Notes: generated by a model from the letters alone, not told the origin. A stretch of DNA of 64,000 nucleotides from Stegostoma tigrinum (GCF_030684315.1 NC_081393.1:10117565-10181564), one strand, 5' to 3'. Shown: positions 47,890-60,890, counted from the stretch's first letter. A program made the numbers and translations.

Positions 47890-49195
47890 CACTTTATGAC
47901 TCTGCCTGCCTAGTATGCTCGCTCTGCTGCTGGTGCACCATTTTACATGCCAGTCCTTTAAAATGAATGGTTTCTCTAATTTTTGTCTAAAATCTGTGGC
48001 CATGTGAAAAAATTTTTAGAATCATAAAGTCACTTGCCTTTGTTACAGTGATGAATCACTTGCAACGAGTACGATTGTGCACAGAGGAATTTCTGTGTCA
48101 CTGATCGTGGATTTTGTGGGTCGTTGTGTGGCTGATGAGTGTGTCCTTGAGTTGCATGTCCAACCACACTGGCAAGTGATTCCCAAAGGTGAAATTGGTC
48201 ACTCACCTTGAGATCATGGGCAATCCTTTCTCCAGTTCCTTTTCCATACTTCCTCTTGCCTCTAGGTATTTTCAAAGAATTTTGGCCCCTCATACAGGAG
48301 TGTCCTCTAAGTTGGTTTGTTCTGATCAAAGGTCATCCATACATTGATATCTGACCTGCATTTGTCGAAGGAAGCCTTTAGGGAATCTTTGGAACATTCT
48401 CTTCGTCTTCCTCTTGTTCAAGTGTCTTCCTCGAGCTGGGTAATGAACATTTGCTTTGGTAGTTGGAACTCAGGTTACCTAAGCACATGGCCAGCCCAGC
48501 TGAGATGGTCTTAGATGATCATGGCTGCTATTGTGAGATGCTTCAAGGATGCTGATGTTAGTATGCCTGTCCTACAAGCTGTTGCACAGAATCCATCTCA
48601 AACAATGTTGATGGAACTTCTTCAGCATCTGGAGGTGGCTTCTATGGGTAGTCCAAGTTTTGGAACCGTAAAGATCAGCCAGAAGGATGAATGTCTTATG
48701 CACAAGCGTCTTGGTAACAGCATGGGGATGTCAACCTCATCGAAGACTCTCATCTTTAGGCATCTGAAGGTGGTGCTCGCAAATTGAATGCAATGTTGAA
48801 TCTCTGCATCAACCTTAGATGAAAAGTAACTTCTAAACTTTGAATGTCTTATGCACAAGCGTCTTGGTAACAGCATGGGGATGTCAACCTCATCGAAGAC
48901 TCTCATCTTTAGGCATCTGAAGGTGGTGCTCGCAAATTGAATGCAATGTTGAATCTCTGCATCAACCTTAGATGAAAAGTAACTTCTAAACTAGGGATGT
49001 TTGGGAGGATTTCTCCTCCTTTAATGGAGGGAGGACCAGAACTTGACCTGGGATGAGTTGATAAAGAATTTGACTCTTTGATGTTGAGACTGAGATCAAT
49101 TCTTCAGACTGCTTTCACTAAGGCATTTAGTGAGACAAGTCAGTTTGATGTCAGTTGTGCTTGGATTTAAACTGGTTGAGGTTGAAGAGCTCAAA
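47890..49195 (-). mobile_element. Degraded RTE-clade LINE relic containing a perfect 152-bp tandem duplication
   Basis: Minus-strand remnants DAEIQHCIQFASTTF..L..RVF and KFHQHCLRWIL resemble RTE RT C-termini. Confidence 0.6.
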
Positions 49196-51546
49196 TGTTA
49201 ATTTCGTTCTTCCACAAATCCTGCTCGATCTACTCAGTCTCTGCAGCACTTTCTGTTTCTATATCTGATTTCCAACATTTGCATGTACAGCTTTAGTAAC
49301 AAAACACATCTTTAGTCAAGAAGGTATTTACCATCCCCTTCTAAACTATAATTTGGATGTGCAATATAAGTTTGCCTTAGCAGCAAAGTCAGTCCATCAG
49401 ACACAGAAGTAGGCCAAACCCATTGAGTCTGCACTGCCATTCAATAAGATCATGGCTGAGCTGAAAAACCCTGAACTCCACTTCCCTGCCTTTTTCCCAA
49501 TAACCCTTGATTGCCTTACTGATTAAAAATCTGTCCGTGTCAGACTTTAATATACTTAACGACACAGCCTTAGCAACTCTCTGCCCTCTCAGAAAAGAAG
49601 TTCCTCCTTGTCTCCAGCTGGAATATGCATCCTCTTAGCCTGAGAATATTCCTTCTGGTCCACATCTCCCCTGTCAAGTCTCCTAAGATTTTTGAATGAG
49701 TACAGGCCAAAACTATGCAACCTCCCACCGTTAGAAAGGTCCTCCATAACCAGAATCAACACGGTAAAACTTCTTTGGGCTGCGTCTTACCTTGACACTA
49801 TCTTTCCTTAGATAACGGACCCAAAACTGTTCGCTGTATCCAGTTACAGTCTGACTAGTGCCTTGTACAGTTATAGCAAAACCTCCCACTTTATACTCTT
49901 TCTACTTTGAAATAAAACCGAACATTCCAGTTGCCTTTCCTGTTTCCTATTAAACTTCATGCTAGGTTCTTTTCAGTTAAAAAATATGCAGCTCCTCTAC
50001 TCTTCCAACGAAAGTACAACATCTCACATTTGCCTGCATATAACTGCATCTCATGTATGAAAATTTAAAAAGAGCTGAATCAGCACTTTGGAGCCCTGGA
50101 AACCACAGTCGGAGATAGTTCAGTCTACCATATTACACCTTTCAAGTAGCTTTTCTACTGGAGAAGAACAGAATATTGACCAGACCAGGTATGGCAATTC
50201 TGATAAAGGGCCACTGGACTTGAAACGTTAAGTCTGTTTTCTCTCCACAGATGTTGCGAGATCTGTTGAGTTTCCCCAGCACTGTTTTAATTTGTTTCAG
50301 ATCTCCAATACCACTGGTCTTTGTTTTATTTATACGGCTACATAATGGTTTTGATACAAGCCAAACAAGATCAAAACTGAGAGTCCAACGCTACATGGCA
50401 ACTTGTAAAACTGGACAAGAAGTCTTACAATTGTAAATGCTACAGAACTGTTACTTACTAATGTGCATCACAACAGGATCTGCCACTCCAAATGATTTGG
50501 CTTTCATCAATACCTCAAGTCCTCATCATCTTGTTTGTCCACATTTCTATCCATTTTAACACCAGTTCCAAGCACATTTCACATAGAGAATCAAGAAGGC
50601 CCATTTTCTGTTGGTCATTGCTTTGCATTTCTGACTCTGTTTCAGTTTGCTTCAGCCTGGTGTTTCTCTCAAGAAGGATCAATTTGACAGAAGGGACTAA
50701 ATCAACCCTATCTGACTGTTTACTTCTGCTGCAAGCTGAAAATAATGGTGATTCACACAAAACAATCGGCTAACACCATTTAAAAAACTGGGCGAGAAGA
50801 CCGGTACTGGCACCTAGAGAATGGAAAGAATCAAATAAAAGGTATTCATCAAATAACATTTTATTACTGGTTCATAACATGACAAATGTCTTTGAAACAT
50901 TATCAGCAGTTCAGTTTTAACACTGAACTTTGGAAATTCATAACTTGGTCATTGGAGAGATGAAAAGTCAGGTGGTTCACATCCTGAGGACAGTGCCAAC
51001 TGTAATAACCACCCATCAGCAGTCAGAAAGCGTTGAGGCCAATCTAGAGGCCCAGAGTTGATATTGTTTGAACTCCAACACCGTGAGAAATCACATGATA
51101 CAGGAAACTCTGTCACATATTCATGCTTCGAACCTTGCTCTGTTCAAATGTGCTGTCCTGCTGTTTCCTCGAGATAGAACCTTTAGCTGTTGCAATGGAG
51201 GACTCTCCCGAGGTAGAAGAACACAATTCACCACTTCTAAATCAAACTGTAGTGTTAAAATATTTCCTCAGTCTTACCTGGGAGAAAAAAAATGCTATCT
51301 TCTGTCTGTCTTGAGGTTTCTTATGAACCTTGAAATCATTGTTATTGGTGGTGTTAACAAATGCCTGAAACAGTTTAACATCTTCATTGAAAAGATCAAA
51401 AATGCATGAGTGCATTCAATTTCAGTTAATACTGAGAATATTATTTTGAGGCAAGATTCTCCAAATGCATAGACAAACCGTAAAAATGTATTTCTGAATC
51501 AATAAAGTACACAGGCATATGTTTCAAAACAATATTACTGAAGACA

Positions 51547-51552
51547 TTTATT
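51547..51552 (-). terminator. Candidate TMED4 polyadenylation signal
   Basis: AATAAA on the minus strand about 2 kb after the stop; another candidate lies at 50860-50865. Confidence 0.35.
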
Positions 51553-53582
51553 TTAAGTGTTGTTAACTCCCTATTCCAATGATGCAACAGGTTGTGTCAA
51601 AAGGGCCCCAGTGTAGGGGAACAGAAGAGATGGGACTAACCACAGCTGAGTAAAACCAGCAGCAAATTCTCAGGACACAGGCACCTGAATATATTTCAGT
51701 GCCACAATGTCCTCTGTCTGAGCAGACATCATTCCACTAAACATCACAGGTTCTTAACACAACGTATCACATAACATCAATATGACAGCTCCATCTTACA
51801 CAATCTGCGACAACGCAGGAAATGGTACACAGCAAGTGCTGAAGAGGGGCTGCTGGCAACCGACAGAATTCAGAGAAATTCTTGACCAATGCTGTTCACA
51901 GCTGAGCTCTGATTAAATATGCTTAAGGCAATTAAGAACAAGGTTCAGTGATAATTTTAATTCTTGTATGCCTGGTGGAATCTGAGCTAACAAGCAGTAC
52001 AAACTTGCCAAGCCACCAGCCTGAGTGACCCAACTGCTTTCCCCATGGTTTGAACACCCAGCAGACAGCAACAGCATCACTTCCTGTAAACTAGCAGAGT
52101 GGTGATGTCATGGGGTATCATTGGCATTTTAACCCACAGACTGGGTGAAGGAAACGTGGCAAGGTCAGATGAGAAGTTGTGGCCGGAAGAAGTCATTGGA
52201 GGTATCATTGTTACCTTCTCTCTGACACCCGCTATCACTAGCCTAGATATGTTCTACCTAATCAACTCATTCAGAGAGATGTTTTTACACACCTCTGAGA
52301 AGCTGGGACTTGAACGTGGGCCTCTTGGCTCAGAGGTAGGAATACCACCACTGCTCCACAACAGCCTTATTTCTCTACCTAATTATACCACACCAAACCA
52401 TCCCCATCTAGCCAACTTGCAATCTCATTGTAAGGCACCATCAGTTTGGGTCCCAAGTGGCGACCGCCTGTCTAATCCCATTTAACATTCCCAATTCAGA
52501 TGAGACAGTCATGGTCTGTGCAGCTGAGCCCCAAGGATTAAAATCTCATAGGACTGCCACTATGGAGGTCTCAGTGGTGAATCATTCATTTCCTGTCAAT
52601 GCCATACAAAGCTCCAGCCTTCCACATCCCCAAACCTTATAATAGGTACATGGGAGTTAAAATAAGACCCTTTGGCTTTGCTTTAATATCCTTGCACAAA
52701 ATAAACAGGCCCTTTTGTTCAAATAAGAAAGGTCACTTCAAGTGTGAGAAGATACCTATGGATTCCCTTCCATATCCCTCATTACTCAACACACAAAACT
52801 AACAGTTCCCAAAGCAGGCAGAGCTAATCACTAATCATTAATCACTGAGCCTAAGCCTTCACCATGCGATTCTCCTCAGAAAGAGGGACCAGGAATCATC
52901 GGTAGAGGTGGTTCTGAGTTCTACAATTCTACAAACAAATATGGGTTCAAGGGTTACCTATCATAAAGTGGCAGCAAAAGTTTCTTCCCTTCAATATAGA
53001 TTCATCAATACATTTAAAACAAAAACCTGTGTGACATTTGTTTCTGCAGCTTTGTCAGTTTATAAGAAATGATGGGAAGTTAGCCAGACTCCCAGCAAAT
53101 AAAATTTATGAGCTGGACAGACGAACATTAACTGGGCTCTCACAGACAAATGCAGAATGATGCAATCAAAAACTCAAATCTCTGCCAGGAATGCTAAACA
53201 CTTTGAAACCTCCTCACAGGCAATATTATTTGAAACCTTGGCAAATAAGAAGGACCCTTTGAAATCATCAAGTTATTTGGAAGTATTTGCTGTGACTTTT
53301 CATAAATCTGAAACACATGATAAGCAAGGAACAACTCCCACCTTCGATCAACAATGACCAGTTAAGTTATGAAGTAACACCTTTTTTTCAAATACATGGG
53401 ATCCTTGCATGAACTGTTCCATGACAGCCTTAGTCAAGTTACCATAATAAGAAGATACATAATCAAAGATCACCCCCATTGATTTCTAGAAGAGCTTCAA
53501 GTACAACATATGTAAAGTTACATTAAATAGCGAGTCACTGAGGATTGAGGGTTGAGTCTGTCGCCATATTCCTGACAGGTGT

Positions 53583-53732
53583 CTACACCAATTTCTTAGC
53601 CTCAAAGAAGCTCTTCAGGTGTTTCATTTGCCAGATGCCAGTGAGGATGAGGATAATTGTCTGCGCAATCGACCACCACAGGACTCGTTGGTTCGTGCTT
53701 TCACTCGTCTGCCGGAATCGCTCTTCCCTGTA
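53583..53732 (-). CDS. TMED4: TMED4 (p24 alpha family) exon 5
   Basis: [49 protein letters not shown]; TM helix, FF motif and KKxx ER-retrieval motif. Confidence 0.93.
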   Translation of the reverse strand, partial: YREERFRQTSESTNQRVLWWSIAQTIILILTGIWQMKHLKSFFEAKKLV

Positions 53733-54359
53733 CTGTAAGAAGTAGTGAAAAAATGAGAAGAATGAAAATCTGCCACACACTAAGGTGTAGAAACATTCTA
53801 TCATGTAGGAAGAAAGAGGCAAGCTCAGTTGGCAAGATCACAGAGTCAAGGACTCAGGTTCAGTTGTTTGTCTGGGCTCAGTTAACTGATCATTTTAGGG
53901 CAGCAGGTCACAAAGAAGTGGCAGTGACGACCAAGTAACTCGGTTGGGCTAAACTGCCTGTTTCCACGTCCTAAATTTAATACGCACTTCTATTTGTCAT
54001 GGAGTGCGTGAATGGGGTCCTGCAGCCCTGGGCTAGGTAGGCAGCAGGGAAATCTCCAAAGGCTTCTGCTCTTGAATGCAATCAGAAAACATCATTGTAA
54101 TGTGCATGTCTGATCAGCTTGATACTCTCCACAGATGAGCTTCCAAATATTCACTACTTGGCTCAGCCACGTGACTGAGATACTGGAGGCTACCACTGCT
54201 TATGTGACTCAACAGAGTCTCTGCTTCAACTGCGAAGCAAAATAAAACACAATAGAAAGTTATTGTGAACCTGAAAATTTGGCATCAATCCCAGACCTGA
54301 AAAATAACTCGTAACTGCAGTAATTAAAAGCTAGCATAGACTAAATGCACAGTTTACTA

Positions 54360-54855
54360 TTTGCTGGTTAGGCTATGTTCAGAACACTGCATTCAATTCT
54401 GGTTTCCCTGTTTTAGGAAATAAGTTATCAAGCTTAAAAGGGTTCAGAAAAGACTTACAAGTATGTTTTTAGGGTTGGACGGTTTGATCTATAGGGAGAG
54501 GCTGAATTGGCTGGGTCTATTGTCCCTTCAGCATCAGAGTTTGAGGGATGTTCTTATTGAGGTTTGTAACATCATGAGAGGCGTGGATAGGGCGAATAGT
54601 CAAGGGGAGTCCAAAACTAGAGAGCATAGGTTTAAAGTGAGAGGGAAAGATTTAAAAGGGACCTAAGGGGCAACTTATTCACGCAGAGGGTGGTGCATTT
54701 CTGGAATGAGCTGCCCGAGGAGGTGGTGGAGGCTGGTAAGCTTACAGCCTTTAAAGGGATTTGGATGGGTATATGAAGAGGAATGTTTAAAGAGATATGG
54801 GCCAAAGGCAGGCAAATGGGACCAGACTAATTTAGGATATCTAGTCAGAATGGGC
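54360..54855 (+). mobile_element. CR1 LINE 3' fragment
   Basis: ORF 54463-54666 (YRERLNWLGL...HRFKVRG) plus 3' UTR. Confidence 0.7.
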
Positions 54856-55347
54856 CAGAAACTCTGTGTGAAAACAGACAGCACCTTGTAAAGTTGGTGA
54901 AATGATTTATACGAATACAAGACCTTGCAAATGGTTTAAATGCAGTCTCAGGACAAGTTATTATATGAGAGACCAATAAACCATATCCTGTAGAAAAAAA
55001 TTAAAACCACCATATTCTAGTTGGAAGTGCACTAAAGAAGCTCAATAAATTTAGTGCATAAGTCATATTCAATTACTATTGCAATATTGTTTCCATACAT
55101 TCCTACATGTAATCTGTTTCTGGACAAAATTCAATTTTGCAGTTGTTCAAGATTATTGTCTCGGTTAAATATTGCCGAGATAGCTTGAGATCCATAACAC
55201 TCATGCTGCTGCATTCTGATCCACACAGAAACATTTGTTGGTCTGATTTCCCAGCAGTTCAGTCCAGAAAAAAATCCCTGTACTTTCGGGTAAGGGCAGG
55301 GTGCAGCTTTAAATTCCTGGTGCACAGCTTGTCCTTCACTCACTCAC

Positions 55348-55494
55348 CCTCTGGTAGTTCTGTTCTTTCTGTATTTGCTCAACCTGGTCCAACAGCTGCC
55401 GGACTCGCAGCTGCAGTTCTGTCAGCTTATCCTTTGCAGCAATTTCCGGGTAATTGTTGGCATGTTCCCCCACTTGGATGTCTAGGTGAACTCG
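55348..55494 (-). CDS. TMED4: TMED4 exon 4
   Basis: AG/GT-bounded 147 nt: [49 protein letters not shown] (coiled coil). Confidence 0.93.
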
Positions 55495-55664
55495 CTGAAA
55501 CATAAGGGTGACAGAGGGATAAAGAAGTTCACTGGTGTATACAAGAAATACTACACTTTACTTCTGTCATACCATAATCATTCCACCACACTTGCCTTTC
55601 TTGAAGACACATGCTCAAGGATGAGGCACCAATGCATTTCTACTGGCATACATGCTGAGTGAGT

Positions 55665-56360
55665 TTTGGAGTCACACGGCACGCAAACAGATCCTTCGGT
55701 CCAACCAGGTCATGCCAACTATAATCCCAAATTAAAGTAGCCCCATCTGCATGCACTTGGCTTACATCCCGCCAAACATCTTTTATTCATGTACTGATCT
55801 AAGTGACTGTTAAACGTTGTCACTGTACCCATATACACCACTTTGGAAGTTCATTCTACACATGAACTACACTGTGTAAAAAAAACTGCTGCTCATTTAT
55901 TTTTAAAATCTTTCTCCTCTCACCTTAAAAATATACTCCCAAGTCTTAAAATCCCCCACCCGAGGGAAAAGACACCTGCCATTCGCCTGATCTGTACCCT
56001 CAAGATTTTATAAACCTCCACAAGGTTACCTCTCAAAGTCTGAAGCTCCAGTGAAAAAAAGTCCAAGCCTACACAACTCTCTATTCCTAGTAACATTCTG
56101 ATAAATCTCTTCTGAACCCTCTCCAGTTTAATAAGATCCTTCATATAACAGGGGGACCAGAAATGGACAAAGTACTCCAGAGCAGGCCTCACCAATGTCC
56201 TGTACAACCTCAACTAACATCCCAATCCCTACACTCAGTGGCCTGAGAAATGAGGGCAAGCCTGTTAGAGGTCTTCTTAAACGCCCTATCGAAATGTGAT
56301 GCAAACCACAAAGAATTCTGTGTCTGAACCCCTAGGTCTCTCTATTGTACAACATGACCT
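55665..56360 (-). mobile_element. CR1 LINE 3' fragment
   Basis: ORF 55920-56213 LYRTLVRPALEY...WSP...LERVQKRF. Confidence 0.75.
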
Positions 56361-56830
56361 TATGCAAGTGCCAATTACTAAATATGGGGCAAGACAATGC
56401 ATGATCATCAAACACTGTTGAGCTCAATCCTGCCTTCACTGAAGTAGTCTTTTTTTATTCTCTTATGCGGTGGAGGTGTCACGGGCAAAGCCACCACATG
56501 TCATTCACCCTGAACTGTACTGCAGAGGATGTTTAATTGATATCAGTATTTTATGCCAGATTTATTGAACTAACTAGATTGGACTGCTCCTCAGCTTCTG
56601 TGACAGGATGTAAACTATTGAGTCCAGACCTCTGGATTGCTCGTCCAGTAACCTGTGTGCTGCAGTGAGGCCAGAGATAATGAATAGGAGCAGAACAACT
56701 CTCTCTTGAACTTAATGCGTGTCAGCAATTGTGACATCTTAAAACAGAATGATTTCCATTTAAGCAGCATTTTTCATGATCACTGGACATCTCTCAAAGC
56801 TTTGAAGAAAATGAGCTGTTAGTTGAGGTA

Positions 56831-57042
56831 GTATCAGAGATAATGGGAACTGCAGATGCTGGAGAATTCCAAGATAATACAATGTGAGGCTGGATGAACA
56901 CAGCAGGCCAAGCAGCATCTCAGGAGCACAAAAGCTGACGTTTCGGGCCTAGACCCTTCATCAGAGAGACCCGAAACGTCAGCTTTTGTGCTCCTGAGAT
57001 GCTGCTTGGCCTGCTGTGTTCATCCAGCCTCACATTGTATTA
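56831..57042. mobile_element. Fold-back Penelope-terminus element (TMED4 intron 3)
   Basis: Inverted arms; perfect TSD tgttagttgaggta at 56817-56830 and 57043-57056. Confidence 0.87.
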
Positions 57043-57924
57043 TGTTAGTTGAGGTATAGTCACTTTTGCAATGCAGGAAATGTGGCAACCAAATTTTGTT
57101 CAGTCAACTCCACAAACAGCAATGACATGTGAGATGAATGAAGGCCAGGATCCAAATGCTGTAAAAACTCAGCAGGTCTGGCAGCAGAAACTCTGAAGAA
57201 GGGTTACTGGAGCCAAAACGTTTACTCTACTTTCTCTCCTCTGATGCTGCCAGACCCGTTGAGTTTTTCCAGCAATGTTTGCTTTTGTTTCTGATTTCCA
57301 CTCTCTGCAGTTCTTTGACTTTTTCTTTTCAGATGTAAACCTCCGCTCTTCTATAAAATAGTGCCTTTTTTTTAAACATTCAATCATCGAAGAAGCCTCA
57401 ATACAACATTCCATCTGAAAGAAAATACCTCCTACAACACATTGTTCCTTCAGTCCTGCACTTAATCAGCAGCTTTGTTTTTTGTGATTAAGCCCTAGTG
57501 TGGGCACCATAACCGGAACCAAATGATTCACAGGAATATGTCCAACCAAATGAGCCACAGCTGATAAGAAGCTCCTAGTTAAAATCAGTGGCTTTGTACT
57601 GATCCACACAGACTGGAGATTATTCACGCCTGGTCTGTATGACTCAGTCTCACACAAGCTGTGCACAGCCATGAAAACATAGGCTGCGGAAGTACTAACA
57701 GAAACCGTGCCTTCTGTGGGACAATGACAGCAGAGCAAAACTAAACCAAGTTTGATGGAAGGAAAATAACCAGCAAGAATCAGCAATTAGAAACATGTTC
57801 TCACACTCAAAGCATTTTGTTAGAAGCCCACAGCCTGACGTGTTTGAGAGTGTGTAAGGTGCTTAAAAGGGTTCTCATCTGACAGTCAATAAGCTAAACT
57901 GTAATGTACACAGTATTCATCGAA

Positions 57925-58175
57925 TTCATACAGTGTGGAAACAGGCCCTTCAGCCCAACAAGTTCACAGACCCATCCTTCTTTCATCTATCTAATCTACA
58001 CATCCCTGAGCACAATGGGCAATTCAACATGGCCAATCCACCTCGAGGAAACTGCACCACCCGGAGGAAACCCATACAGACACGGGGAGAATATGCAAAC
58101 TCCACACAGTCACCCAAGGGTGGAATCGAACCCCGGCTCCTGATGCTGTAAGGCAGCAATGTTGAGCCACCATGT
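57925..58175 (-). mobile_element. tRNA-derived SINE (HE1-like), internally deleted
   Basis: B box ggttcgattcc on the minus strand plus SINE core. Confidence 0.75.
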
Positions 58176-58528
58176 TGCATACGTATCATTGCCAGCCTCT
58201 AGAGAAAAATTTATTTCTTACAATGTATTCATGTAAATGCCGGATATTATGCACTCAAGGACTCCTTCAAACTTTATACAAAGAGCAAGTGGCAAATCTC
58301 TCAACAGCACTTGATGAACAAAACATGATACAACCAGCAGTAAAGCACAAATGTGCAAATTATTGTAGTCTCAAATTAATAATTAGCTGAGTCCCAAACC
58401 TGGTCCAACACCTGAAGTATACAATATTTTATGTCCATTACAAGGTACTTACATCAGTTTCAGAACAAAAACAAAATCAGCAACTGAATTTTTTCTTTAA
58501 GATGGTGCATCCAATGCCCAATTCTTAC

Positions 58529-58654
58529 CAGCTTGCCTCCTGCAAACAAGGACATCTTTGTGGAGTTGGAGTGCAGGCAGATCTGATGTTCACCGGGAGT
58601 ATGCGATGTGAAGGTAAATCGTCCCTCCGAGCCATACTGTCGGGACAGAATAAC
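58529..58654 (-). CDS. TMED4: TMED4 exon 3
   Basis: 126 nt: [42 protein letters not shown] (GOLD domain). Confidence 0.93.
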
Positions 58655-60890
58655 CTAAAATTGGAAGAACCAGTCGGTCAACAATGGAGAAGTCAAAAAA
58701 TACACAATTTCCCAATTCTGTTTGACAGAAAACACAAATGAGCAAGCAGCTATTTCAAAGAATCGATCTCCTGTTCGTTTTTAATTTTAAACCTGATAAT
58801 AAGTTTTCATGGCTGAATGACGTTCAGGCACTATTCTGGTTTCCTTGAGAACTGACATTTTCTGGAGTGTGATTCTAAATGTAACAGCTACTATTTTATC
58901 ACAGATTCATACTGCATCTGCTCACAGGTACTTTCTGTTACTCAGCACTGGAATAAAGTCAGAAGTCAAGCCATAAGCTGGCTTCTCTCTAAAGTAAACA
59001 CGTTAAAACTTACAGGAATTCTTTCAATGTCTTCACAGCTGATATCAGCCACCTCAAGAAGGCCTTCTAAATCTATCGGACTAACATTTCAAAACAAAAA
59101 TTCCATATGGCATGTGCACATCAGTGGCAAGGCTAACTTCTGTTGCCCATCCCTAATCATCCTTGAGAAGGTTATGCTAGAATGCCTTCTCTCTGGAGTA
59201 GCTATACTCTCAGTACTGTTAGGCAAGGATTTCCCACATTCTGACTCAATAACATTGAAGAGTGATGGCCTGAGTCAGGACGGTGCGTGGCTTGGAGGGG
59301 AACTTACATGTTGTGGTTTACCCATTCATCGACTGCCGCATCTTTCTTTGTGGTACAGGTTGCAGAAGATGCATGCATGAGTTATTACAGTGCATCTTGT
59401 ATGTGCTGCGACCATTATGGTCGTGGCCAGAGTGTATCTTGAAGGTAGGGTACAAATAAAGTGGGATGAAGCTTCCTGAGTGTTCCAACAGCTGCACTCA
59501 TTCAAGCTAAATGGACAACATTCCAGCACATTGTTGACTCAAACCTTGTAGATGGTGAGCAGGTGCTAGGAGTCAGTAACTAAGTTATTTGCTACAGGAT
59601 TCCTAACCTCTGACCAGCTCTTGTCTTGATACGACTTGGGCCAGTACAGTTTCCGGGTCAATAGTGATGATGTTGATCACATGGGATTCAGTGATGTCAA
59701 TGACATTGAAAGTCAAGGAAAATGATTACATTCACTCTTGTTGGAGGTGGTCAGAGTCAGGCACTTGTGTGCTCCTTGACAATGATCAGCCCAAGCCTGG
59801 CAGTTGTCCAAGTTTCGCTCAACAAGTACAGGGACCGCTTCAGTGTCTGACAGGTGCAAATGCTGCTGAACATTGTGCAATCATCAGTGCAGAACTCAAA
59901 TTCTGACCTTATGGCAGCAGGAAAGTTGCTCAAGGTAAGGACACTAGTCTGATGAATTACTGTATCAATATTCGAAATGACTGGGCCCTAATAAGTAGAC
60001 AAGTATGTGCTTGGGGTGACTGCAGAGTGGAGAATTTTTCCGATTTCCCATTGACTTCTATAATGCTGAGGCTCAATGATGCTACTCTGCCCAACAATGC
60101 CCTGATTGCAAAGGCAGTCACCTTTACTTTCTGTCTGGGTTTCATGACATTTGTCCCAGTTTGGGCCAGGGTTTTGAAGAGGTCAGGTGCTGAGTAGTCC
60201 TGCCATTCTGACTATCTTTGCTTTACCCATCAGAGGAGCTCTGCTCCAATTATTGTGAATTAATCTGATCCCTTTGTTCCGCATTTCCACTGGGATTTTT
60301 TTCCAGTTGTGCTTAGAAATACAGTTCCAAGTTGAATTCTACATTATTACAGTTGAGATCATGACACAGGAAACACTGCTTGGAAGTTATATACCAGTGT
60401 TGAACAAGATGATCATTTTCATGTTGTTGTGTTTAAGATTTGAAACTACACACCCTTGATGAGATAAAACAATTATCTGTACCTAGACTCGTATTTAAGA
60501 AAGCAAGCTGTAGAATATTTAAAACGTGTTTAGCATGGTTAATTACAGGGACTTGACACCAACACACCATTAACGTTTGACACAGTCTGTAATTTTACAC
60601 TAAAGCCCCTCAGATAAGCAAAAGACAATTTTCAATTCAAACTCTACATTCAGTAAATGACAACACAAAGTCAGCCGCATCAAATCAGCAGTTAATTGCT
60701 TCCTTTCATACACTAATCTGTAACTTAACATTACATGCAAATGTAATTTGCTGAGAACAATATCGTATAATGTCTAATCAAAGTAATTTGTGTACAGTAC
60801 TCAAACATTCTTTCCTCCAACAAGGACAGCTCTGATGTTTATTACATTCCAACCTCTGATGTAAACATCCAAAATCCATGATGATTATAC

